In this document: piece after piece, positions 37,612-50,549 of the stretch
How the letters are laid out: the number at the start of each line of letters is the position of its first letter
Position numbering within the stretch: the first letter of the stretch is position 1
Assembly: GCA_053919585.1 (NCBI GenBank)
Contig: CM132790.1
Length of the DNA: 64,000 nt
Direction: 5' to 3' (one strand)
Origin: Euprymna scolopes
Lineage: Eukaryota
Position numbers and translations under genes: made by a program
The notes under the pieces: generated by a model
What the model was told of the DNA's origin: nothing
The model's input: only the letters and a program-made list of their open reading frames with translations
Database searches by the model: none

Positions 37612-38283
37612 AATGGAAACACGTACATCAAGTCTGTTGCCAAGGTCGCTGGAAAGATGGTGGGATCCTTCTACCGCTCCAGAAGATATCTCACTATTGA
37701 TGCAATTCTCTATCTATATAAAAGCAGAGTACGTCCAAGGATGGAATACTGTTGCCATATCTGGGCAGGAGCTGCTAAAAACAGCCTATCCTGCCTTGAC
37801 AGAGTACAAAATAGACTTCGTGGCTTAGTGGGGGATGCCCTTTTCTCTACCCTGCAACCTCTCTCCCACAGAAGAGACGTTGCGAGACTATCCTTGTTTT
37901 ATCGTTATTTCCATGGCAAGTGCTCGTCTGAACTCCAATCTCTGGTCCCCCCTCGCCAATCTTTCACGAAAAATACCCGTCTAGCTGAATCCACTGTGAA
38001 AAATTTCCCCCACTCTTTATCTGTGCCTAAATCAAAACGTGGATTCCATGAACAAAGCTTCTTTCTTAGAACTGCACGCCTGTGGAACTCTGTTCCGTCT
38101 GCCTGCTTCCCATCTGACTACAATTTGGAAATCTTCAAGTCCAACGTTAACAAATACCTAATGAATCGCCCTCTTAAGTAAACACTTCATCAAATCTCCA
38201 CACTAACGTGCTGTACTTGCAATAACCCTTATCCCTGAGTGGCTTCCGGGCCTTGATAAGTGGTGACCACCGTGTAAAAAAAA
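37612..38283 (+). mobile_element. 5'-truncated CR1/Jockey-group LINE with open C-terminal ORF (37657-38181), 3' UTR and short poly(A)
   Basis: YKSRVRPRMEYCCHIWAGA..LSHRRDVARLSLFYRYFHG..FKSNVNKYL; highly similar to 52175-52640. Confidence 0.92.
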
Positions 38284-39246
38284 GTAAAATAATAATTAAG
38301 AAAGAAAGGAAAATACATGGATAAAATAAAAAGCGATAAGTAATCATATGAAAGAAGTCTGGAAACTTATTGAAGGCACCCAAAACGTACTTTAAAAAGA
38401 CTATACGACACAATGCTTTTAGACCGTCACGCATAAGTATAAACGTCATTATATATAGGTCACGTCTAGACACATACGTATAAATATAAAAACACCAATT
38501 ATATACACCCATTATGCGACAGGCAATTATGTATTCCGCTATGCAACGCATCTAAATTAGTAAAACGACTCTTGGGCATGCCTAGCAACAAATCCTAGGG
38601 TAGAAAATTAATCGGACCATGTGGCTTCAAAAATAATGAATTTTCCTGCTACAAACAGAAACATTTTACTTTCGCATGGTTGGTTTTCATCATCTTTATC
38701 AAGACAGAAGTGCGATGAAATAAAGGGAAGACTACTGCATTCATGTCTTGTCGAATAAAATCATTAAATTTTGGGAAAAAAATTGTATCAGGCAAACGAT
38801 AGCTGATGAATGGCAAGTATGTCGATATTTATGAAGTTGGCAACTCTTGGACTCGGAAAAGAAAATACGTTTCCATAATCGAGAAGCAACAATTTTATTT
38901 TTCCAGGTAAAAAATAATAATGAGTAAGAGTAAAACTCCTACTTCATCAAGTTTCTAGCTTTTTCTATCTATTTAACTATAGAGTCACCGCTTATCAATG
39001 CCCAGAAACGACTTACAGCTAAAGGTTAACAGTTAAGACAACACTCTGATGATCTCTGATGGTGGAAATTTGATACGAATTAATTTAAGAGAAGGACACA
39101 ACAAGGAAGGACTTATTACGTTGTATTTCAAATTTATGTTATATTCAGCTGGTAGATTTTGTTACCGCCATTTGTGTATATCTCACAAAAGAAAATATAC
39201 ACAAGAGAGGAAGTAGGGAATTTATACATATACATGTATATATAGA

Positions 39247-39432
39247 TATATCACTTTTGAAGAACACCGAACGTAGTGCAATAATTAATTGCTGAGGGTT
39301 TAGTTTTTTTTAGTTTTTTTTCTATAGTTTTAATAGTTTATGTTTAACTATAGGAAACAAAAACAACAACAAAAACTAAACCCTCAGAAAATAATTATGG
39401 CACTACGTTCAGTGTTTTTCAAAAGCGTTATA
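39247..39432. repeat. About 185-bp imperfect fold-back (MITE-like)
   Basis: CTTTTGAAGAACACCGAACGTAGTGC..CTGAGGGTTTAGTTTTT / AAAAACTAAACCCTCAG..GCACTACGTTCAGTGTTTTTCAAAAG, TATA at both ends. Confidence 0.85.
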
Positions 39433-40138
39433 AAATTATGTAGCATTAAAATCTTTTTATAGATACACATATCTATCTAGAGTATCTTTTTTACAAAAGG
39501 TCCAATGAATTAATGAACATTTTTTCATATACAGAGTTGGCTCGAGTCGTGCAATAGAGACAGATTTGAGAAGTTTCAGATGACTACATCATCGGCCTCG
39601 AAATAGAATTGAAAAAAGTCGTTCTTATGTACCAACCAAGATTCTTGATTTTCCAATAAATGTTGTCCAATCGCAGAATTTAAATCATTGTGGGTCGAGT
39701 TGAGTATAATTTGATTTATTACGAAAACCTAAGGAAAATGTTGTCCGATTCGTGTTTCAAAGTAAACGCTGGTTCGCCCGACACACTGACGTTTGAATTT
39801 ATATATAATATTACTCAGTTTAGTACGAGGCAAATCGTCCTTAAAAATACGAAATGCAGGTTTCGTATTGAAAATCACACGAGGTAGAACAGACGGAAAA
39901 CAATTGTTGATAATCTGTTCAAGTTGGCTTATGAGATGGACACATTTTTCTCAAAGCCATGGCAATTTAAAATATGGAGGAAACTTTAAGGTCCAAAAGT
40001 TATAGCTTTAGTAAATTGGTTGATTTAGAATTTAATACATTTATCAATTAAGAATTTTGGGTTACGGTTATCGACTAGGATTTCTTTAATTTTAATAATT
40101 TACGTATCTAGCTGACAAATAACCAAGGCCCTATGTAA

Positions 40139-41357
40139 TCTATGTATATATAAAAGCAAAAATGTGTGTGGACACTAGGAGCAGTTTGGACTGGCTAATC
40201 TAATAATCAAAATTCCTCATAAACGATGATTCCATTCGTCTTAATTTAAGCATCAAATGCAAGACAATAATTTATTGTTAATCTTGCGGGGGTATTTTTC
40301 CCCCTAAGTGAGAATTTACAAAAATAAAATTATACGTAACTACCCCCAAAAGACATTGTATATACGAAAATTGCCATTTACAGTCAAACCGTACGTCTGG
40401 TTTCCATAGCAACACATACCCACGCACATATAAACGCAAGCATGCTACGACAGCACGCACACACGCACACAAACGCAAATAAACCTAATGTATAACGACG
40501 CCTCATTTTTTTAAAAATAAATCGTGTTTAATCATCTCTCAGAATGGAGATAGTTTGTATCTATGGGTATATTAGGGATAAGGGTCATTGCGTGTATAGT
40601 AATCAATGGGATAGTATTGTAGTAATCGTTATTATTGGAAATTTGATAAATTGTTTTACTTAAGGGGGCGATTCATCAGGTATTTGTTTATGTTGGACTT
40701 GAATACATCCAAGTTGTAGTCAGGTGGGAAACAGGCAAACGGAAGAGAGTTCCAAGGGCGTTTACTTCTAAGATAGAAGCTGTGTTCATAGAATCTACGT
40801 TTTGATTTTGACACAGACAAAGAGTGGAGTAAATTACTGATATTGGTTTCAGCTAGACGGGTGTTCATCGTGAAACATTGGCGAGAGGAGACTAGAGATT
40901 GGAACTCAGACGAGCACTTGCCATAGAAGAAACGATAAAAAAAGATATACTCGCAACGTCTCTTCTGTGGGAGAGAGGCTATTTTTGTCTTTCTCGAGAA
41001 TCTTTTTATTCAGTCAACTGTTGAACGGCCATCGACGGCAAATACGGCGGAGATAGGGTAAAGGTAATGTGTAAGTGTGCTCCGCTATAATACCGCATTC
41101 CCTTCGCATATTTTTAAGGGTAGCCATTTCTTACGCCCATAAATACATGCTTTTTACTATTTTTAGATTCTCACCTGGTGGAGAGGGTATCACGTACTTC
41201 TTTTGAAATCTGTTCTTTTATTTTTGCAATTGTTGTGTGTGTGGAGGGGAGTTTATCGACGTTATCAACGATGAAAGTGATTAATATCCTAAGTATAGTA
41301 GGTATGTTCAAAACGGAACTTTATGTCGACCCGGGCAACGCCGGGTACCCATGCTAG
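40139..41357 (+). mobile_element. Non-autonomous Helitron containing a LINE fragment
   Basis: A|TCTATGTATATATAAAAG 5' end; 3' hairpin CCCGGGCAACGCCGGG then CTAG|T; pairing of the two ends is inferred. Confidence 0.7.
40560..40980 (-). mobile_element. 3' fragment of the same LINE family as 37612-38283
   Basis: NTRLAET..PFACFPPDYNLDVFKSNINKYLMNRPLK* and 3' UTR motif CCCTTATCCCT. Confidence 0.9.
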
Positions 41358-43339
41358 TAACGTATAAATAAACGACATCTTGTGGTTTTAGGTATAAAAG
41401 AACATCATTTGATATATAGACTTGTAAAGGTAGGTTTTCTATACAGAGATGTAAGAAAACCATCATAGGCCTTGTGATCAGTACGTCAAGGATCTACTTT
41501 TCCATCTCCATAGTAAAAGACAAAGCGTGATGTAAGGTTTGAAGAATTCTAAAAGCAGGTCATGAGAAGGAAAATCCGCAAACGTATCATCCACATAAAG
41601 AAAATGAAAAGCAGAAGTTTTCTATGGTGATTTGAAAAGTTTTCCTTCATATTTCAACGTATTAAAGTACCACAAAATTATGTTTTCCAGCACTTTCATT
41701 TTTTCTGGCTTACAATATTTCTCAAACTCTCAACTATTCAAGCTCTCTCTACATCCAAGTATTTTGGATAAGACCCGATTTCATAATGGATGTTTGAATT
41801 TGGGAGGATGTGAGAGCGTGTTATCTTTAATTGTCATCACTTCCACGTCTATTCTGCTTTGTTTCAGAGGAGTCACCACTTATTAAGTTATAGAGATCAC
41901 TCGATTAAGGTAAAAATTGATTCACTGATCAACAACAAATTTACTGTCTGCGTTTTTCCAGCTCATTTTGAACGAATCAGATGCGATTTAATAACAAGAA
42001 GTATTCATTTCTGATACATGATTATATCGATAGAAAATAATTATAGTTTTCTAGTATTATTAGTATGATAAATCGTAATACCAGATCCGAATGTAACGGG
42101 AGGAGAAGGGTTGGGTGACTGTATCTGTTATATAGCATGTGAAGAGTTTGGGATAATTTAAATCTAAAAAAACAACACAGCGTAAACGTTTTTATTCACT
42201 TATAGGTTTTTGATTGCAACATTTATACTTTGATGACAAATTGCGCTATCAGTTGGTGGTGGTGTTTGATTTTACGGCATATCAATCACATTTGGATCAT
42301 TTTATGCAAAGACCGTACGGGTCTTGTAATATTCTCTTATTTGTATATTAATTAAGAAAATAGGCTCTCTCGCCTCCCTAATACCCCTTTCTCACGTTAG
42401 GTGGACTAGGCCTGTTTTTGTTGCGCCAGGTTGTCCTAATATATACTTATGTACTCTTTGTCGAAATGTATACTAGGTAACATAATCTATATCTACTAGA
42501 GTAGAGTACCATTATATAACAAAATATGTTTTAATAATTGTTCAACTTAATTTTTTCGCATCCCTCTAAATTGTGATCGTCTAATCTAGAGCCCGTTGTG
42601 TGCTGATGGCATTTAAATACAATACATAAGGGAACAAGAATGTACATAAATATCTTTACAACACAATAGACGAATAACACTTATTTGGGGGTTCAGTATC
42701 TGGCCAATCGGGAACAGATCTAGTCCCTCTTTTGTCTTCATCTCGACAACCCTCAGAAAAGCTACAAATTAAGATCCGTGCAATTTGAAGTCTTGGTGAT
42801 ACTTGTAACACCTTTATTCCTGATATTTCCCCGATTAGAATCTGCAATGCCGGTCCTAGATTTTACATTTGATTTTTCTCCTATACTTAGAACTATTGCT
42901 GTTCGTGGACTGTCTTTCCTCCTCTTACTACTGACTCTTGATTCCGACAGACTCATCTAATTCCACGTACCTCAAAAAGACCATATCTTCCACTACATGA
43001 CGCCATTGGTATACATTACGATGATAATCATCTGAAGTTTTTGCATTAGCCTCTAGACAAAAAACGCTAGCAGTTGGGTTTTGAGTGATATTATAAAGAA
43101 ATTACCTCGTGTGTTCCACAGGAGCGGGACAAACTTCCTAGTTAGTTCAAATCGGGGAAGCAGACAGACAAGACGCGTCTGACAATGTAGAAATCTAATT
43201 TTATATTTCCTCTAGACCCTGTCTATTTATCAACTATTTTAAGGCTAAGAAAGAAATTAAGTGCGAATTAATTAATTTACCCTTATTTTTTAATCAGCGA
43301 ATTTCGCACGTTTTTTTTTTTTTTTTTCACTTTTGTCAC

Positions 43340-43640
43340 GCCATAAGAGTTTCTCTAGTCGGTGGGCTCTAATTATTTGGTCGAAAAATTTTAGTTGTTT
43401 TTCGCTCACGGTATTAAGAAGGGATCTCTTGTATCCAGCTACGCCATTTACTTCTGCATTTGTTTTTTTTGTGTGTGTTTTGTTTTGTTTTGGGTTTTTT
43501 TTTGTTGTCCATGAGACGTTCATGATTTTCCTGATGAATCACATCTCCATTGCTCTGGTCGCTGTTCTCTGCTCTTTCTTAGGGTCAAACACTCGCATCC
43601 GTATAGAGGAATGGACCATACGTCACCTGGTATATTTAAT
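43340..43640 (-). pseudogene. RTE-clade LINE C-terminal fragment
   Basis: WSIPLYGCEC..AMEM*FIRKIMNVSWT..NAEV..AGYKRSLLNTVSEKQLKFF..IIR..LEKL. Confidence 0.8.
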
Positions 43641-44044
43641 GTATATAGTTCAATAATTCTATGAAATATTGAGGGAATTAGTGTTGGTAGCCACAACGTC
43701 AACAATTTGAAATATGAACATGGCATAGTCCTTATCGCCGACTCTAAAAAAAGGAAAAAGATTTTAACAACAGTAACAGACGAAAATGAAAAAAAAAGGA
43801 ATACAGCTCAATGCAAAGAAGACGGAAATAGAAATATTGTATACGAAAAAAAATACTGAATTTACGTTAACATTAAACTTTATTAATCTGATATTTAATT
43901 CCTAATTTTATAAATAGTAATCGACATTTTAACGTGGGAATGGTTTTGAAGTTAAATAGTTTTATTGCACCCCTTCATAAGCGATGTATTTTTCGAAAGG
44001 TTGGAAGAGCTTAATTTTTATTTTAATTGTTGCAAAAGTAGAGA

Positions 44045-44660
44045 ATTAAAATTATACCTATCAACTCATACCATTTAATTAATGCTATTAAATTCATACC
44101 ATTAAATTTATGCTATTAAATTCATAACATTTAATTTATGCTATTAAATTCATACCATTTTATTATTAGAATTTAAATCATACAATTTAATCTATATTAT
44201 TTAAATCATTAACTTTAAATCGTACTATTTTAATCATATTATTTAAATCATACCATTTAATTTACCCTATTAAATTAATAGCGTTTAATCTCTTGGTGTT
44301 TAATCCTGTAATTTTAATCATACTATTCAAATCGTACCAGTTAATTCATACCATTACACTAATTTATAGCATTTAATTCCTACTATTGAAATCATACAAA
44401 TTAAGTCATATCATTTAATTTATAACATTTGATTTGTACCATTCAAATAATACCAATTCGTCCATGGCCTTTAAATCATACCATTTAAATAATACAGTTA
44501 ATTCATACTATTGAAATCATACTAATCCATTTATACGATTTAATTTATAGCATCTAAATTATACCGTATAAGTTATAGCATCTGAATCATACTATAAAAA
44601 TGACACCATTTAAATCATATCATCTAAATCATAACATTTAATTTATACCATTTAATTCCA
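44045..44660. repeat. Degenerate AT-rich 14/28-bp tandem repeat (AAATTCATACCATT-AAATTTATGCTATT)
   Basis: clear 28-nt period at about 44066-44160, decaying to 14-nt subunits. Confidence 0.85.
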
Positions 44661-46792
44661 TTAATGTGGCCTTAATTATTGTATTTTTATCCATGGATTA
44701 TTTCCTTCGATCCCAAAATCAACCGATTATTGACCATTATTTTTATGCCATTTTCTCTAACGTTTGCAGCAGTAATTTTGGTCTTTGCCTTCTCTCTTTG
44801 AGAAGGAATTAATTTATTGCTAAAGGGCTGATCTGCTTCTTCCGAGGAAGGCCAAATAGCCAGTCCAGGCATCTTTTTCAGGATGGAGTCTCTTCCACGG
44901 GAATACTGTTCAATTTCACTTTTTGAAGATCTGTACCTTTAATTGCAACTTATTCCTGTTTTGATATAACACCTAACGCGTATTTGCACTAGAAGTGACT
45001 TCATTATCAGAACGTTTTTATAGAAAGGTTTTTGGAAGGCACCAACAATTTAACTATGTTAAGGTTAAGTTGAAGTGCACTTCACTAGGAAATGCATCAG
45101 ACAACAAGTCTCATGTTGAAAATTATTTTAAGTCTCATAAAATCGATGTTTTTTCCTATTTAATCGGTTTCATTTTTAATAAGGTTCTCTTTAGAAGAGC
45201 TTTAGAGAGTAGTGGACTGGATTTGAAAAGAGAAATTACTTGGAGAGGTAAATTGAAATATTTGAGCATAATTACAATTTAGTTGCTGTATTCAATTGTA
45301 ATTAATATCACATTTGTTATTTAATCATAAAAATTCTAAAATAAAAGTGAGTTATTATATGATCAAAATATAACCAACTTGAGTATTTTCAAAGATCAAA
45401 TGACAATTCTGTATTTTACATAATTCATTAGAGAGAGTGTAATGTATTCATTACATAAATACATAATGAATAATTTATTGGCGACTATTGTGTTACGAAT
45501 GTATAGCTTTGAAGGATTATCATCCGCAAACAATCTTTGCGCCATATTCCGACTTTTAAAATAATAACCTTAGAGTGAACAAAAATGAAAATATGAATTT
45601 TGCATCAGAGTAAAGGAATGTTATTTAAATTCCGAACTCATTACGNNNNNNNNNNNNNNNNNNNNNNNNNNNNNNNNNNNNNNNNNNNNNNNNNNNNNNN
45701 NNNNNNNNNNNNNNNNNNNNNNNNNNNNNNNNNNNNNNNNNNNNNNNNNNNNNNNNNNNNNNNNNNNNNNNNNNNNNNNNNNNNNNNNTTGTTTTATTTG
45801 TTTTGGGAGTGTGTCACTTTGAGCGTATTCGTTTTTATTCTTCCTATAAAGTTTTTAGTTTATAAATAGTGTGGGTTTGGTAAGTTAGAAATTTATTTAT
45901 ATTCACCAAAATAAACCATTAGCCTAGTCTTTATTTATTCTGCTGCATCGGGAAAGCTCACCCAAGATAAGTTCCAGAACAGCTCAGACTAGTCAGTAAG
46001 TATAAGTCGCAAGAAATCTGTCCCAAGATACTAGAAAAAAAGATACTGATGAAACGGAGTCAAGCACTGGGTGTCTATATACCGTTAATGTGAAAATATC
46101 CGCGCTCATGGTTAATGGACAAAGAGGGAGCTTGTCGATAGATTGAGCCTCTACAGTACTTAAGCAATTCAAGATATTTGTTTAGAACTTTAGCTCTAGA
46201 AAACGTTTCGGCCAGGACTAAGTAGACTTTGTTATCCCTATTTTTTAAAAGTCAGTAAACAGATTTTATATATATGTTTTCCTACTCTCGGGTGGATGAT
46301 CTAGTAAGATTACCTGGCTAGTCTCTCAGAGAAGGGTTTATCCTGAGCGTTGGTAATGAGCATAAGCTTTCATCTTTAAATACATTATTTTCAAAAGAGA
46401 AAAGAAGAAGATAAATATCCGTCAATTAAGTAGAAGGAGGTAACGTTTGTAGTAATAGCATCTGTTAATTTTCTTTTTCATATAATTAGCAAAGAATTAT
46501 AAGGTAAGGGATGCTCATGGTAAGGAAATAATAATAAGTAATATTAATTAGTAATAACAAGTACGAAAATATACTTTTAAACATTAAGATTACAATTGAA
46601 ATTACTATAAAATTAGTGATGTGGTCCTACCACCTGATTTTCAGGATGGGGCTAAGAGCTGGCATGTAAAAAACTCCAGTTTCTTGATATGCCGACGATG
46701 CAATGGTCACATCTGGCAACCATAGACAAGGGAGGGAAGAACAACGGCATTATAGGCCTTCAGTTTTGTAGGTAGGTGAATGCTTTTGTGGG

Positions 46793-47975
46793 TTTTTTTT
46801 TTTAGATAATTTTCACCTCAAACAAGGCAGAGTGCCACTTTGAAGTAGGGGGCTACTACCGGGGACATAAGTTGCACGGGCATTATGAAGAGAGATTAGT
46901 AGCAAGATGTTTGTTCACATTACACTTGAACTTCTGCCTGTCAGTACAGTTGGGAAAGCAGAATCCTGGAAGAGAGTTTCAAAGTCTAGCAGTTCTGGGG
47001 AAGAAACTATTGGAGTAAAAGGCTTTCTTACACCTGTGAAGGGGTGGGATTTAGTTGCTTGTCAGGTTTGTCGGGGGTAATCAAGTCGAGGAGGTACAAG
47101 TCCTTGTAGTTTGTCAGAGCATTTACCATTAAAGTACTTGTAGAACAGACAGAGGGATGCAACATTTCGTCGATGGGAAAGAGGATGAAGCCTAGATGAC
47201 AGTTCAGGCGATTCTCTTTTTTTTTAACCCTGTCCAGGAGTGAGAGACAAGCAGCAGATGCACCAAATGTCACAACAGTACTCCATACATGGGCGAATGG
47301 TGGTCTTATAAGGGTACAGGATACTTTCAGGTGTAAGTAGTTTTCTAGCACGATAGAGAGAGCCTACCTTCTATGCAGCAGCCTTGGCGATGCTCTCAAT
47401 GTATCTATTTCAGTTAATCTTCCCTGTAAACGTTATACTGAGGAGTTTAAAGGATGTACTTTCAGGGAATGTGTTCTTGACCATTTCTATTGGTGGTAGA
47501 GAAGATTTCTTGTAATTATTGAAGGAAACAAGCTGAGTCTTGGCAGCATTGAATGAAACCATCCATTTCTGTCCCCATTCCACTACAGATTGGGAGTCAT
47601 CCTCTAGTGTTTCTGCCATTTCTTTAGATATGTGTTCATTTGTTTTCCCCTCGTGCGTGTTATAGGAAGTGGTGTCACCAGCAAATATACGCATCTCCGA
47701 AACAATGTTATCAGGGAGGGCACTAATATCAGAAATAATAAAGGTCCAAGGATAGACCCCTTCGGTACTCCAGCATTTATATCATATGTTTAAATATACG
47801 ACGGTCGAGAACACCCTGAATTTTTATCTTACTTAAGAAGGATTTAATTACATTATGTATTCTTCCAGTGATACCATATGATATAATTTTCCTTAGAAGA
47901 CCATCGTGCCATACCCTGTAAAAAATCTTAGATATATCGAGGGCTAAGGATGTTGCCTTCGTTGAGTACTCCATT
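46793..47975 (-). mobile_element. CR1/Jockey-group LINE 3' half with poly(A)
   Basis: LALDISKIFYRVWHDGLL; MRIFAGDTT; EWGQKWMVSFNAAKTQ; SHRRNVASL; FKCNVNKHL; T-run at 46793-46803. Confidence 0.9.
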
Positions 47976-50540
47976 GCAGAGTTTTCCCAGTGCTTGTCTT
48001 GCCTTGAAGATTCTAGCGTTTATTTCACTATCCAAAGATCCACTACAGGATATGGTGATCCTCAGAATGTTTGAAATGTTCCACGTTGACATGTGGTGTA
48101 TCAACATGGTGATGGTAGGGGGGGGAATGGGAGTATGGTTCCAAGACTGATTATCAGGCCAGAGAGCTTGGATGCCTCAGAGATGCGGCACAGCGTCTGC
48201 TGCAGGTCTTGTTCTGTGTGTGCGCAGTCGTCGACAAAGAGAACTTCTCCGTGGAGAATTTGTAGGCTCTTCGCTTTTGCTGTAAGACGACACAGGTCGA
48301 AGTGGGAGCCGTCCAAGCAGTAACAAATGTAGACCCCTCTTTTCCATATCTTGGACAGCATGGGAAAATAAACAGGTGAAAATTACGTTGAAGAGGACCA
48401 GCTCTAGTACGCAGCTTTGCTTCACGCCATTGCTGATCTCAAAAGTATCCGTCACATTGCCATTGGAGAGAACCTGACTAGTCACGCCATTATGAAAAAG
48501 CCTGATCATCGGCACAAACTTTGGAGGACACCCGATGCGCTCAATGACTGTTAAAAGTGCCTTCCTGTTGACGGTCTCGAAAGCTTCTGTTAGGTCGATT
48601 AATACTGATTATAGGGCTTGTTTTGTTCAATGCATTTTTCTTGATTTTGTCTCATGGCAGAAATCAGGTCTACACTGCTTTTGCCAGGCCTGAAGCCGTA
48701 CTGTATGTAAAGAGACTGTGATGTGGCTGTTAAAGATGAACCGCACAAAGATCTTTCCGGTAATTAAAAGGAGAGAAATGTCCCTGTAATTCTCACAGTC
48801 CGACTTACTTCCATTATTCTTATAGAGGGAGACAATCAGGGCATCATGAAAGTCGTCTGTCATCATCTACTCCTCAAAGACAATGAGTATACCATCAAGG
48901 AAGGTCCCAAAGGCGTCGAGGCTTACTGCCTTGTAGACCTCAGTAGCCGGAGATTGTCTGGTGAATTGCCTTCTTAATCTCGGAGGTAGGAGGTTTTGCG
49001 AGCAAATTTTGTATGTGCTGTTGGGAGATCTTATTCACGCCGTCTACGTCAACTGACGAGGGTCGAATCAGCAAAGTGCTTAACTGCTCCCGCCAGTGTT
49101 TGGTGAGACCCTCTTTGTCCTTGATGAGTGTCTTCCTATATTACGATAGTAGTGGGACACTGCCAGAGATAGAAAGGCTGAAAACAGTTTTCAATGGGAT
49201 GAAAAATTTCTTGGCGTTGATAGTGTTAGAATAGTGATGGACTTCAGCTGATCTGTCGCGAAACCACTGGTCCTGAATTGCTCAGAGATCAGTCTGGACT
49301 TTGGCCTAGCAAGCTTTGAACGTATTGCGCTTGGAAACGGAGAGTGTGTTATTCAACCACTCTGTGTAAAGCTGGTTCTTGACATGTATTGTTTCTTTGA
49401 TTTTATCATTATTCTCATCGAACCAGTCTACGTGGGTTCTAGTCGTCGTTCCTCAAAACACTTCCTTCGCAGTCTCACTGACTGTTTTCTTGAAAAAAAG
49501 TCAATTTCTCAGTGCTTCTTTCGGTGGTCACAAGATATTGGAGATCATCATTTAGCACTTGCTGGAATCGTGCCCCAAATGGGTCCTTCAGTCTGGCAAC
49601 ATATTATGAAGCCGTAACAGTCTTGGGTCGGTTTCCAACAGGCGGTGCAATGTGCATCACCAGTACAGCCCTGACCAATCTGTGGTCAGTCCAATACTTA
49701 GCGCCTCTCATGGCATGGGTTACACAGACGTCACTGATGTCCCGGCGGACGATGATGAAATCTATTATGTGCCAGTGTTTCGATCTCGGATGCATTAAGG
49801 TGGTCTTGTACTTGTCTGCCATCCTGAATAAGGTGTAGATGATGCAAAGGCTGTGCTCTGTGCACTTTCCGAGGAGGAGCAGGCCGCTTTCATTGATTTT
49901 TCCTACTCTGTTTCGACCCATAACTCCTTTCCAATTGCTGCAGTCCTTGTACGACTATATCTTACCCGGTAACTTTGGACCTCTCTTGCAACAATTGCTG
50001 CTCTTATTTCAGGTCTTGAAGTGATACTTCTATCCAGTAAGGTTTGGATATTCCCAAAGATAATCTTTTTTTGTTTAATTTTTTTGCATTGTTGTTCGAC
50101 CGCTATTAGAATGAGCTCGTCAACCGCGGTTAGCAGACCAGACACAAGAAGGACAAGTATTTGTCCGAGATACTTTTTCTAACGCCCTCCCTGGTGCGAG
50201 AGTGGGCAGTGCTGTCTTAGATAGGTTGACCAGTCGCCCACAGGTGCTACCGAACACTCTTTCTGCCCTTGTATGTAGGAAGAAGAGCGACCACTTACCT
50301 ATGGACCGCTTACGTGCAGGTTTGTTCCTACACTTGTTGCTTTCATTCCCATCGCCGCATTACTTGAACCGTGTGCGTAGACAGATCGGTAATCGGCGAG
50401 AAGTTGAAAAACTGACCTGTGCATGAAGGTTTTTTAGTGAGAAGACCGGTGCACAGGGGTAATCCCACTCTCTCGGCCTTGGAAATCTTGATCCAGTGGC
50501 ACGGAGAATCGTTACGACGCAAGACTGCTAGGCTACATGT
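47976..50540 (-). mobile_element. RTE-clade LINE (5' UTR, APE, RT), 3'-truncated and decayed
   Basis: KTTLMHPRSKHWHIIDFIIVRR..AMRGAKYWTDHRLVR APE; DALIVSLYKNNGSKSDCENYRDISLL; FEISNGVKQSCVL; LFVDDCA; LDSEINARIFKARQALGKL. Confidence 0.92.
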
Positions 50541-50549
50541 GATAACCAG

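Noticed and set aside
39041-39090. Other CTGANGA hits (here and at about 32947, 38803, 58049 minus, 61513)
   Set aside because: Stems I and II cannot be formed, or GAAA is missing
45950-46400. Very decayed LINE APE fragment
   Set aside because: Only scattered residues resemble the family; too weak to call
50440-50540. HDV-like ribozyme at the RTE 5' end (and at the Dong 5' end, about 3400-3520)
   Set aside because: Only partial helices could be drawn; the nested double pseudoknot could not be completed by eye
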